From positions 22,630,001 through 22,694,000 of the forward strand of contig OZ231126.1 of assembly GCA_965153355.1 (NCBI GenBank): a DNA stretch of 64,000 bases. The letters run 5' to 3'. A model generated the notes under the pieces. It was not told the DNA's origin. It saw only the letters and a list, made by a program, of their open reading frames with translations, and searched no databases. This DNA is from Flaccisagitta enflata (Eukaryota). Positions 43,811 through 55,571 of the stretch are shown piece by piece; within the stretch, counting starts at the first letter, position 1; the number at the start of each line of letters is the position of its first letter. Made by a program: the position numbers and the translations under genes.

Positions 43811-44430
43811 AACCAGTCACCCAAGGGCAATATGTGGTCAGCGATACCCGTTGCCCTGCTTAGTATGTTGGTGATTGTAGGTGATGGGTAGCAGGGCAGC
43901 GGCCCCGAAGGGGACGATGTCCTGTAGAACACAGGGGGACTTTCGTTCGTCCGTCCGTCAGTTTGTGCGGGCTTCAAGGCTGTGATTTGAGCCTCGAGGC
44001 TGGGATTTGAGCCTCGAGGCTGGGATTTGAGCCTCGAGGCTGGGATTTGTGCCTCGAGGCTGGGATTTGTGCCTCGAGGCTGATATTTGAGCCTGGAGGC
44101 TGATAATTGAGCCTGGAGGCTGGGATTTGAGCCTGGAGGCTGGGATTTGAGCCTGGAGGCTGGGATTTGAGCCTGGAGGCTGGGATTTGAGCCTGGAGGC
44201 TGGGATTTGAGCCTCGAGGCTGGGATTTGAGCCTCGAGGCTGGGATTTGAGCCTGGAGGCTGGGATTTGAGCCTCGAGGCTGGGATTTGAGCCTCGAGGC
44301 TGGGATTTGAGCCTCGAGGCTGGGATTTGAGCCTCGAGGCGGGGGGGGACGCACGAACGGACGGACGGACGGACAAACAAAAGTCCCCCTGTGTTCTACA
44401 GGGCATCGTCCCCTTCGGGGCCGCTGCCCA
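43811..44430 (-). mobile_element. Family C copy with a homogeneous 20-bp tandem array
   Basis: About 18 near-identical units GAGGCTGGGATTTGAGCCT(C/G) at about 43975-44340 between inverted repeats GGGCAGCGGCCCCGAAGGGGACGATG.CCTGTAGAACACAGGGGGACTTT. Confidence 0.72.
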
Positions 44431-47400
44431 AAAAGTGGTGTTCTTTTGGGACCATCGACATCCTCTTGGACCAAAATGATTGTTGTTTTGTGATTTTTTT
44501 GAGAAATGTGCAACGGGTGCCCTCTAATAGATCACTTGTTAAGGAGGCGAAAAACGCGAAAAACACAAAAAACGCCAAAATTAGCTTTTGGGCAGCGGGT
44601 CATTCCTGGACTGTTCGTTTATCCGTTAGTTCGTTTCGTCCCCCCTCAAGGCTCAAATCCCAGCCTCAAGGCTCAATCCCAGCCTTGAGGCTCAAAACCC
44701 AGCCTCAAGGCTCAAATCCCAGTCTAGAGGCTCAAATCCCCCCTAGAGGCTCAAATCCCAGGCTCCAGGCCCCAATCCCAGCCTTGGGTTCAAATCCCAG
44801 ACTTGAGGCTCAAATCCCAGCCTTAAAGCTCAAATCCCAGCCTAGAGGCTCAAATCTCTGCCTTAAGGCTCAGGATCCAGCCTCGGGGCTTAAATCCCAG
44901 CCTTGAAGCCCAAATCCCAGCCTTGAGGCTCAAATCCCGGTCTTAGGGCTCAAATCCCAGCCTTGAGGCTCAAATCCCAGCCTTGAGGCTAAAACCCCAA
45001 CCTCGAGGCTCAAATTCCAACCCAAGGCCAAATCCGAGCCTCAAGGCTCAAATCCCAGCCTCACAGACTCAGTCGAGCAGAACCCCCCCCTGTGTTCTAC
45101 AGGACATCGTCCCCTTCGGGGCCGCTGCCCTGCTTACTATCACCTACAATCATCAACATACGAAGCAGGGCAACGGGTATCGCTGACCACATATTGCCCT
45201 TGGGCGACTGGTTTCACCTTATGTTAATCTCAATTACCCCAGTCCTACAGCAGTTATCCTGGCTGGTACAGTTCCTCTGACTTAAAACTTTGCAAGGACA
45301 ACAAGAATTTTAGTTCTGTGCCTCGGGTACACTTGATTACAACACTATTGGTGCAGTAAAAAACGCGAAAAACTCAAAAATAGCAAAAATTGAAAAAAAT
45401 AAGTGTATATCATTTCTTCTTGACTATATCAATTGTCCTATCCTCACTCCATGCATTTGACTATTGTGTGAGCTGCAGCGGCTTTTTGACCTTAATAGTT
45501 GCAAAAGTGTCACATAGTCAGCGGTACCCGATGTACCCGAGTTGGTTTATATGAGGATGTGATGGTGAGGGGGCAGCGGCCCCAGAGGGGCATATAACCT
45601 TTGATTCCACACAGAGTTTTTTTTCCAAGTTAGGGTCTGCTAGTGTTAATATTGGGTTTCAAAAGCGTGATTTGAAGTCTGGGAGGCCTGAATTAAGGTA
45701 TGGGAGGCTTGACTTGGGGTCTGAGGGGCTTAATTTTGGGTCTGACAGGCCTGATTTGTGGTCTGAGAGGCCTGATTTGGGGTCTGAGAGACCTGTCTAC
45801 AAGTCTGAGAGGCCTGATTTGGGATCTGAGAGACCTGATCTGGGGTCCAAGAGCTCTGATTTGGGGTCTGAGAGGCCTGATTTGGGGTCCAAGAGGGCCA
45901 ATATGGGGTCTGAGAGGCCTGATTTGGGGTCTGAGAGACCTGATTTGTGGTCTGAGTGGCCTGATTTGGGGTCTGAGAGGCCTGAATACAAGTCTGAGAG
46001 GCCTGATTTGGGGTCTGAGAGACCTGATCTGAGGGCCAATTTGGAGTCTCAGAGGCCTGATTTGGGTGGGGGGGGCATACACCGGGGAAAATCGCCCTGT
46101 GTGGAATCATAGGTCATCTGCCCCTCTGGAGCTGCTGCCCAAAAAAGGAAGAACAAGTAATGCGGGGTTACAATGTTGTAGCAGATGGGTAGGCAGGGGC
46201 GTTCAACCTCCCTTTTCACCCCATGGCACCCCCTTTACAGACATACATAACGAGTCATCCAAGGATATCATATGGTCAGTGGTACCCAATGCCCTGCTCT
46301 ATTGCAGTTTGAAGGTAATGGGGTGACAGCAGGGCGGTAACCTAAAGAACCGATGTCCTGCAGAACATAGGTGAATTTCCATACTTTCAGGGAAGAGGTA
46401 ACAGAAGACCTGAGCATCTCTTAGAAGTCTGATATCAGTCTGAAAGGGACTGATTTTAGGCCAGTGAGGGCTGATATTTGACCTGAGAGAGCTGATTTCA
46501 GGTCTTTGTGGGCTGGTTTCATGCCTGAGAGAGCTGATTCTAGGCTCCATTTAGTAGATATATGGTCTTGATAGGCTGGATTGGGGCTTCTGGCCTGGGG
46601 GGATGTATGGATAGATGGATGTACAGACATTCAGATGGATAAACAGATATATAAAAATTCATCTCTGTGTTCCATAGGACATTGGCCCTTTGGGGCTGCT
46701 GCCCCAAAAGCATCTAAAACGCTGGATTTTCTTTTTTTTTGGCAGCGGCCAATTATCTATGATTTCATACAGGGAAATTTTTTCTGTCTCTATATCTTCC
46801 ACCCCCCCCCCAGCCAAAAAAACCTAAGGTATGAAATTGGCCTTCCCAAGCCCTCTCAGACCTAAAATTGACCCTCCCAAGCCTCAAATTTGCTATTCCA
46901 GGACTCAAATCAGCCATTAAAGGCCTTAAATAAACTTTCTCAGGCCTCAAATTGACCCTCCCAAGCCTTAAACTATCACTCCTAGGCCTCATATTGATCC
47001 TCCCAGGCCATAAATTGATCCCCCTAAGCCTCAAATTTTACCTTCTCAGGCTGCAACTCAGCCAATCCAAGCCTCAAATAAGCCCACTTAGGCCTCAAAT
47101 TGACCCTCCCAAGCCTCACATTAGTCCTCCCATGCCTTGAATTGAGCATCCCAGGTCTCAAAAATGCTATTCCATGCCTCATATAAACCCTTTTCAAGCC
47201 TTAGATTAACCCTCCTATCATCCTGTGCCTCCTTGCCCTTCTCTCAAGCCTCAGGCCAGCTCCCTTATGCCTCAAGCCATACTCCTCAATTCTCAAATCA
47301 GCCCCCCTAGAACATGGAATCATAGGTCATCGCCCCCCAGAAGGCCACTGCCCCATTAATCTGGATAACCTGAGATAATAATTAGAATAAATGGGGCATC

Positions 47401-47990
47401 AGGTACCGCTAACAATATGACGTGTGAGCGACTTATTGGACATGTGCTCAAGAACTCTTGGACCCATGGACAGACAAAGCAACCAGAAATGGCTAAATGG
47501 CCAAAAAAGGGCATAGTTTTAATTCACGGTTGACTCGACAAGTTCTTTAAGATTGTAAAGCCTCTGCAGCTCACATAATGGTCAAGTAAATGGGGTGCGT
47601 GAGGATAGGATGATTGATACGGTTTAGAAGGAATGAATCATTTTTGCAATTTTCATCATTTTCCATTTCTTAGCTGCACCAATAGTGATATAATCAAGTG
47701 TACTTTATGCACAGAACTGAAATTCTGGTTTTTCTTGAAAGTTCATCTGTTAATGAAGCTGTGCTTGCTAGCATAACTGCCATAGGACTGGGGTAATTGG
47801 GATAAAGATATAGTGAAAATAGTCAATTTTGGCGTTTTTTTGCAATTTTTGCAATTTTCGGCTCCACAACAAGCGATCTATTCAAGGGCACCCGTTGCAC
47901 ATTTTTCAAAGAAAGCATGAAACAACAATCATTTTGTTTAATGGTTAAACTCGTCGTACAACGTGGTGAAAAGAAGAAAATGGAAAATGA

Positions 47991-48032
47991 AAGCGAATTT
48001 TCGTCTGTTTTCAACAAGACTTCATCAGGCTT
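47991..48032 (-). ncRNA. Minimal type I hammerhead ribozyme in Penelope pseudo-LTR (sense to PLE ORF)
   Basis: Minus strand reads AAGC-CUGAUGA-A-GUCU(uguugaaaac)AGAC-GAAA-AU-UC-GCUU: stem I AAGC/GCUU, intact core, stem II GUCU/AGAC, palindromic AAUU stem III, UUC cleavage triplet. Confidence 0.8.
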
Positions 48033-48176
48033 ATGGCAAAGAAATGGATACATGGATAAGGTAGAGAAAAATGACATCGAAATGGAGGAAGAGGAGGGGG
48101 AAATGGTGAAATGGATACAATGGACAAAATAGAGACAAAAAAGAGAGAGATAGAGACTGATTGGGAATAGACCCAA

Positions 48177-48626
48177 TCAGGTGAGACCCCGGTCCTCATT
48201 TGAATGGGCCGTTCGGCTGCGAGTGGTCATTGTGTGGGTGGAGGCAGAGACGATTGGTGATGACACTTCCTTGGCCGCGGTTTGGCTTTGATCCTCGGTA
48301 GTCAATTGCCGAGCACATGGTCGGCCAGGGGCTCTTCTCTCTGTCTGAAGACGTGGTTCATCGGGAGTATGAGTGGCCGGTGGGTCGGGTTTTTTGATAG
48401 CATTGCGGATTAGTGTATCGTAGCAGTGAGGGAGCTCATGACGCCCCTCGTTGCGATTGAGGGAGGGAGAGATGGCGCGAATGTAGATGCTTTCTCTCGT
48501 TCCTCTATCGTGCCAATCACTTTCTCTGGCCAAGATTTTGATGTCGCTGGCCCGAAAGTGATGGTTTGCGTCCGCTGCGTGTTGCATGATGGGAGATTTA
48601 TACATTCCTGGTGCTGTCTGGGCAGT
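48177..48626 (-). pseudogene. GIY-YIG endonuclease C-terminal remnant of Penelope-like element
   Basis: H..[x]..HH....KIL.RE..W..R...E.IYI.....LNR.EG motif; the RT domain and N-terminal GIY-YIG motif are absent. Confidence 0.85.
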
Positions 48627-48645
48627 GTATCCATTTCTTTGCCAT

Positions 48646-48687
48646 AAGCCTGATGAAGTCTTGTTGAATACAGACGAAAATTCGCTT
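48646..48687 (+). ncRNA. Minimal type I hammerhead ribozyme, inverted copy
   Basis: AAGC-CTGATGA-A-GTCT(tgttgaatac)AGAC-GAAA-AT-TC-GCTT; differs from the other copy by one loop II base. Confidence 0.8.
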
Positions 48688-49364
48688 TCATTTTCCATTT
48701 TTCTTCTTTTCACCACGTTGTACGACGAGTTTAACCATTAAACATGCCTCAACTACTACAACAGTGCAACTTCCATCGTACTAACAATCATTTTGGTCCT
48801 AGAGGATGTCGATGGTCAGTTTGAGAAACCACTTTTATACTTTCATGATACTGCATCCTGTCTGGGATGTCCTACCTTGAGGCTAGGATTTGGGCCTTGA
48901 GGCTGAGATTTGGGCCTCAAGACTGGGATTTGGGCCTTGAGACTGGAATTTGGGTCTCGGGACTGGGATTTGAGGGGGGGCGGAGGAGGAGGAGGAGGAG
49001 GAGGAGAAAATCCCCCATATGTGTGAAAGCATAGGTCATCGACCCCTTCGGGGCCGCTGCCCTGCTCCCCCCTCAACTTCAACCACAACCAACTCAGGCA
49101 GGGCATGGGTACCGCTGACCATCTAACGCTTTTGCGACTATTTACTTTTTCGGCGTTTTTGAGCTTTTTAAGCATACGGCTCCTGCCCAGATGCCCTAGT
49201 GACCTTCGCAAGTACTGCTCCTGCCCACCCGCACGCGACTAGGGTAGCCGTGTATCCGGCCTTGTTTATTTATCCGTCGTTCTTTCTCTGGCTTTCTCTG
49301 CCAATTCCCTTTCTGTCTGTCTGTCTCTGCCAGTCTGTCTTTCTGCTCCTCTCACATACACACA

Positions 49365-49675
<311 letters not shown>

Positions 49676-50781
49676 ACACGCACATATTGTTATTGGTTTG
49701 GTCTTTTTGTATGACATTTGCTAAAATCTGAACAAGGGCGAGCATTTTGTTTGTTTGTTTTTTTTTCAGTTGCAGTCACGCAACTCTATGAGAGGCTTTG
49801 TCTGTCCGTCGGACCATCCGTGCATGGACACAAGTTGAAAAGTGCAAAAAGGAGTGTTTTAGATGGTTTTTGGGCAGCGGCCCCAAAGGGGCCGGTGACC
49901 TATGCTTTCACACAGGAGAAATTTCTCCTTCTTCTTCTTCTCCTTCTCCTCCTACGTCCCCCCCCCCCCTTCGAGACCCTTGAGGCTGAAATCCCAGCCT
50001 CAAGGCTCAAACCCAAGCCTCAAAGCTCAAATCCCAGTCTCAAGGCTCAAATCCCAGTCTCGAGGCTCAAATCCCAGTCTCGAGGCTCAAATCCCAGTCT
50101 CGAGGCTCAAATCCCAGTCTCCAGGTTCAAATCCCAGCCTCAAGGCTCAAATCCCAGCCTCAAGGCCCAAATCCTAGCCTCAAGGCTGATATCCCAGCCT
50201 TGGGGCTCAAATCCCAGCCTTGAGGCTCAAATATCAGCCTAAGGCTCTAATCCCAGCTCAAAAGCTCAAATCCCAGCTGCAAGGCTCATATTCCAGCCTC
50301 CAGGCCCTAATTCCAGCCTTGAAGCTCATATAAAAACAGCATAGGTCATCGGCCCCTTCGGGGCCGCTGCCCCTCTAACCACCTCACACCAACATACACT
50401 CACATAGGGGCAACGGGTACCGCTGACCATCTAACACTTTTACGACTATTGTGTATGTGTGGGAGGCATGGGGTATGGATTGGGGTTGGATGCCCCTGCC
50501 TACCCGTCACTGCGTCACTTGTTTTGTTTTCTCAAGAAAACCTTTCGGGTAGTATGACGGACGCATCTAAAAAGAGTGTACCCCTTCCCACCCTCACGCG
50601 ACAAGAAAACCCACACAACCTGTAATTCTTGGTCACGCACGACAGCCTCTGACAATGAAGGAAACAAAAACAAACAATAGAACAGACTATAGATTTGCAT
50701 GATGAGCTGAATTGCTTTTTAAATCCGGTCGATAATTTATCATACTTTCTCTGTTTTCTTTATCTAATCGCAAAAAAATAG

Positions 50782-51072
50782 GCGCAAATTGAGGAAAAGG
50801 AGGAAGAGAAGAAGAAAAGTCGCAATAACGAAGGTAAAGCTCGCATAAATGTCATACGCGATGGAACCACCATTACTGGCACAGAATCAACGGGAGGACT
50901 TTACGTGGAAGGCCGGCTTGACGATGAAACTACGAGAAATCTAATCCGTCTACAACAAGCTTGTGGGGGAAATGATTTTGCAAGCATCAACGTAAAGATG
51001 ACTGGATGTACCATTGGGAATGCTCGCACCCATCAATTCATAAATATCCAAACACCAGAAAAAAAGCATTAA
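50782..51072 (+). CDS. Probable terminal exon 7 of HEPN-TIR gene; charged linker plus two-repeat beta-rich (amyloid/RHIM-like) C-terminus
   Basis: Pyrimidine tract then aaaaaaaTAG| acceptor; phase 0 matches exon 6; 96 non-repetitive codons to TAA: AQIEEKEEEKKKSRNNEGKARINVIRDGTTITGTESTGGLYVEGRLDDETTRNLIRLQQACGGNDFASINVKMTGCTIGNARTHQFINIQTPEKKH*. The intervening 12 kb is mostly repeats. Linkage to exon 6 is inferred. Confidence 0.68.
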   Translation, partial: AQIEEKEEEKKKSRNNEGKARINVIRDGTTITGTESTGGLYVEGRLDDETTRNLIRLQQACGGNDFASINVKMTGCTIGNARTHQFINIQTPEKKH

Positions 51073-51679
51073 CACAAAGGTGCTGCACTTAAGCAGATTG
51101 AGCTACTCACCCCAGATTAGTCCCAATTGAAAGAGTTGTTAATGCTCTTTCAAAATGTGACTATTTTGGGGTCAGTAGCTACAATTGTTTCAACTTGACG
51201 TTTTTCCAAAGTTGAGGCTTCTTTTCAAGTGTCCGTACCGTATATCGTTTTTTGATAAGTGGTTGAAAATCAACAATTAAAAGAAAGAAATACGCCACTT
51301 TTTGCTCCGTCCATCAGTCCGTTGGTCCATTGGTCCGTCCGTCCGTCACAAAGTTGTTTCAAACTTTTATTTAGCATTATTTTAGTAACTGAATGGTTGA
51401 AGAAACACGGAGGTGTAAACAACCATTTTGAATGTCTTTTTAGTAGCGGACACGCGACTCTACACCTTGCCGTGTCGGTCGGTCGGTCGGTCGGTCCGTC
51501 CGTCCGTCCGTCCGTCACATTTTTGAATTCCGAGCGGTTTTTGCATTACTGCTCCTGCCCAACCGTCCGCGACTGGATTGCCGTGTATACGGCCTTGTTG
51601 AAAAAAATGTTTGTCTGTCTGACATTTTTTGAAAGTGCCGACGCACGCGACTTGGTCTAATGACCTTGTTTGTTAACCG

Positions 51680-51937
51680 CCCCCTTTGTAATGTGACACT
51701 CACAATTTTATTTCTAGCGAGCCAATGCGCAGCTTTCTATCTTGATGGGAACTTTTTATAGGGCCCGTTTAACGTTGGAAGTTAATATTGGAATTAAAGG
51801 GAAAAAATCTCCTTAAGAATCCCCTTAAGCATATCTTCAAAATTTCAAATTGACCCAAGAAAAGGTTCCCATCAAGCTAGAAAGCTGCGCATTGGCTTGT
51901 TTGAAGTAAAATCGTGAGTGTCACATTATGAAGGGGG
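51680..51937. mobile_element. Short palindromic MITE
   Basis: CCCCT..TAATGTGACACTCAC..TTTTA..GCCAATGCGCAGCTTTCTA.CTTGATGGGAAC is inverted at about 51865-51937. Confidence 0.72.
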
Positions 51938-52844
51938 CACATAAGAGCGATTCAGTTAAGTCGTGAGATGCAATCGGCGTAGTGGATATACAATCTTATG
52001 TTTTTCTCCACGGGCAAATGCTTAATGCTTGTACATGGCGTGTCCGAGAGGAGTTTTATCAAATCACTCAGTAAAGTTGAATCAACGTCTCAGGATTTCT
52101 AGCTCAACGTAACGCCATAAGGAGTAGTTTATGACATGTTGCATCATAGAAAAACTGTCGTAAATTCTTGGAAACGACAATAACAAATAAGTGGTACCCA
52201 GTTACGCGGCTCAAACTTTATCGGTCATCAAAAATTTGCGCAAACTAATGCTGAGACATTTTCTACATTCATGTTACGATATACCAGCTAGAAAGGAAAA
52301 GGATTTAACCTCGAAAATGGGGCTAAATTTAGCCAAAAAAAGCGAGATGGTATTTTCTTGGTATACAGCTACACCCTTCTATACCGGACCCAAGAGTAAC
52401 AGAAATCAGCTTATGATGGATTTTTGTTTTCATCATACCATACGAATTGTATTAGCCCTCAAAATCAAACAATTAAAGAAGATCAGCTTGCGCTTGACGA
52501 AACAGCGTCATAATCCTACGAGCTTCCTCAACGGTACAATTAAAACATCATGCATCATACCTTCGATCAGCCATCAGGGAAACAACACAAGAGCTAGCAA
52601 GCATGATTACTTTTGAGAAGTTGACTTTTTGCTCAGTCGATCAACTTAAAAAGCCGGGTGTCGTCAAACTCTAAAATCTTTTAAAAAAACTGTTTGAAAC
52701 ATTCCAGAAAGTCCAGATCAGTTTCGTTAATTGAGAAAAAATGTTCATTTTTGAGTTGGGTCCCTCTCATGGGAATGAAGATAGAGGATCGCTGCGACCC
52801 TCACACCGGATTCGACCAATTTTAAAAAGAATACGAGCATTACA

Positions 52845-52925
<81 letters not shown>

Positions 52926-52932
52926 ATTTGTA

Positions 52933-52995
<63 letters not shown>

Positions 52996-53377
52996 AGTTG
53001 AGTTGAGGCCTTAAAAAGCTGAGGGCTGATTAAAGACCTTTAAGAGCTTATGAGATGTCTTCGTGAGTAAGTTTGAGTAATGATCATTTTGAAAGGGTTA
53101 TGGAGGCTAAGAAAGATACGCTTTTGAGAGCTGATTTGAGGGCCGAAGGGGTGGAATGGTGGCCTGAAGAAGGCTGATTTTAGGTCTAAGAAGACTTTTT
53201 GAGGCCTGAGAGAACAGAAACAGGGGGGGAGGGGGCTGGGACAACATAATGGACGAACTAACAGACAAACAAGAAACACGCTGACTTTTTTCCCTATGGG
53301 GCCGCTGCCCAAATATACATGCTCTCAAATAATATGAAACGCATAAGAACGTGCGTTCTATTTTGTTCAAGTGCGTG

Positions 53378-53442
<65 letters not shown>

Positions 53443-53574
53443 GTTTGTGTTTGTGTTTGTTTGTTTGTTTGTTTGTTTGTTTGTTTGTTTGTTTGTTTGT
53501 TTGTTTGTTTGTTTGTTTGTTTGTTTGTTTTTGTTTGCTTGTTTGTTTGTTTGTTTGTTTGTTTGTTTGTGTGT

Positions 53575-53707
<133 letters not shown>

Positions 53708-54787
53708 TGTGTGAATTCGCGAGTATGAATGCTTGCGTGTGAATACGTGTATGAATGCGTGTGTGTGCCAGACTATGTGGATGTGATGTCTGAGTTTCCA
53801 TGGTTTATTGAGCAATGAGCATAAGTAGTCAGAAAGCAATTTGAGTTGAGATATTTTCTTGGTATGAAAATGAGTCCCTGGCTCCTCCTTACCTCGCGCT
53901 TGGAATGAGTCGAGGGAAGAGGTTCCCAATTAAAATCCTTCATCCACACAAAAAACTTATATTGGAAATTGTGTGAACGAGTCTCCAGGGCCTAATATTT
54001 GGAGTCATAAGCGAAAGAAAAGAGTGGGATTTTTCTTCTTCATGACCTCGGAGGGGGAGGGGGGGGGGTTAGGGGGATTGTTTTGAGGGATAGGAAACGA
54101 GGAACTAAAGAGTAAAGATGTAAATGAGAACGATGGTTGTCCTACGAATGGTGGCAAAAGGCATGAAGGTATTTTAGAAAAAGAGGGGGAAGTGAAAAAG
54201 GGAACTAGGAATGGTAATATTGTGTTTTTGATTGCGACGCATGAGTGAATCAGTGTGGGCAGTCAACACGATATTTCTTAATGATATGTTTTTTCCTCGC
54301 TGTTGAAATGGTTTAAATGATTTCAATGCTTAGGCTTTTCCTTCGTCGCAAAATCATGCTTTGGAAATCATGGACTATTCAAGATCAAGAGCGTTTGTTA
54401 TGAAAGTAGCAATATCATCAAATTTGGCATTTTGTAGAAAGATTAACACGGCACCGAGACAAGAATACACTTTGGCTCCTATTAGGAAATTATTTTCGTT
54501 TTTCTGTGACAAACGGCACCTCTACTCGACTAGAACTGAGTAAGCGAAATATTTCCCTTGGTTGTTCCAATTGTTAGCCTTTGGTAACATCCCCAATCTT
54601 CTACGTATGAAAGTCAACAAGTAGAAGTACTTTTGAATCATTACTCATTTCGAGCACTGACTGTAATGTCATTCTAGATTCTGAACCTTTCTCCCCATCT
54701 TTGTTATCCTCTCCAAGACTTTTTTTCTTACAGCTTGTCTATCTTGGTCGAAGTCATTCCAACCAAGTAATAAATTCCCTTGACTGA

Positions 54788-54852
<65 letters not shown>

Positions 54853-55279
54853 GCAGCAAAATCTTCTTGTTTTCAGTCTTCCACTAACGAGGGTTCAACC
54901 CCGTGCCATTTAAAGTGGGCCTACGCGTCTCTTTATTAAGCTCTTCTCTACGTTGTAGGGGTCGGTTGGTAACGCTCGCGTTACAACGCCTTGCGCGCCG
55001 TTTTGCAAAGAAAAAAATTCCTTTGTCTTTCCAATTTGTTTGTATTATACCATGACCTTCGTATTATTGTATCTAGTTACAAGTAATCAAATTTGGCAAA
55101 AAAAGGAAGAGAGAATCACCGCTCGAAATTCCCTTTATCCTCCCCATTTTCTCCGATAACCTAAACAGCTTCCTGCTTCCAGCAACTCGCTTCTAACGAT
55201 CCCATTTCACGCAGACAAAAAGTGACTTTTCACTTTTATGGGCGCCCGATGGTGATATACACGACAATTCTCTCTCTCT

Positions 55280-55354
<75 letters not shown>

Positions 55355-55534
55355 GGGCGTTTGTTGAAAATTCTTTAGGTAATAATCACATGAACGGAGT
55401 GAGATATGGAACAAATCTTTTATATTCTTTTTTCCGGGTTGAGATTATCTGCTCTAAAACCTGAGTAACGTCGATTCTTTATGTTACATAAGAGAAAAAG
55501 AGTCAGCAGAATAGGAGATAGACAGGATGCATCG

Positions 55535-55571
<37 letters not shown>

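Larger units (their letters stand above)
47937..48782 (-). mobile_element. 5'-truncated Penelope-like retroelement with inverted pseudo-LTR
   Basis: Minus-strand frame SPIMQHAADANHHFRASDIKILARESDWHDRGTRESIYIRAISPSLNRNEGRHELPHCYDTLI is the C-terminal part of a PLE GIY-YIG endonuclease; ~115 bp inverted repeat (about 47937-48051 vs 48626-48742); 13-bp direct repeat AACAATCATTTTG at 47924-47936 and 48783-48795. Confidence 0.88.
44431..48836. mobile_element. Palindromic MITE-like host element expanded by nested insertions
   Basis: Ends AAAAGTGG.../...CCACTTTT; arm segments 44431-44585 and 45220-45500 recur inverted at 47825-47936 plus 48783-48836 and at 47550-47805; interrupted by HINE-like copies and the Penelope remnant. 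Confidence 0.7.

Noticed and set aside
43975-44340. Regular hairpin-like 20-bp repeats that might suggest a CRISPR array, and long repetitive ORFs (SRLKSQPRGSNPSLEAQIPA)
   Set aside because: Units are contiguous with no unique spacers, there are no cas genes, and the array is TE-internal minisatellite in eukaryotic DNA.
45165-45214. Conserved family C 3' end considered as an HDV-like ribozyme
   Set aside because: I could not fit the nested double pseudoknot; a subTIR plus terminal hairpin explains it more simply.
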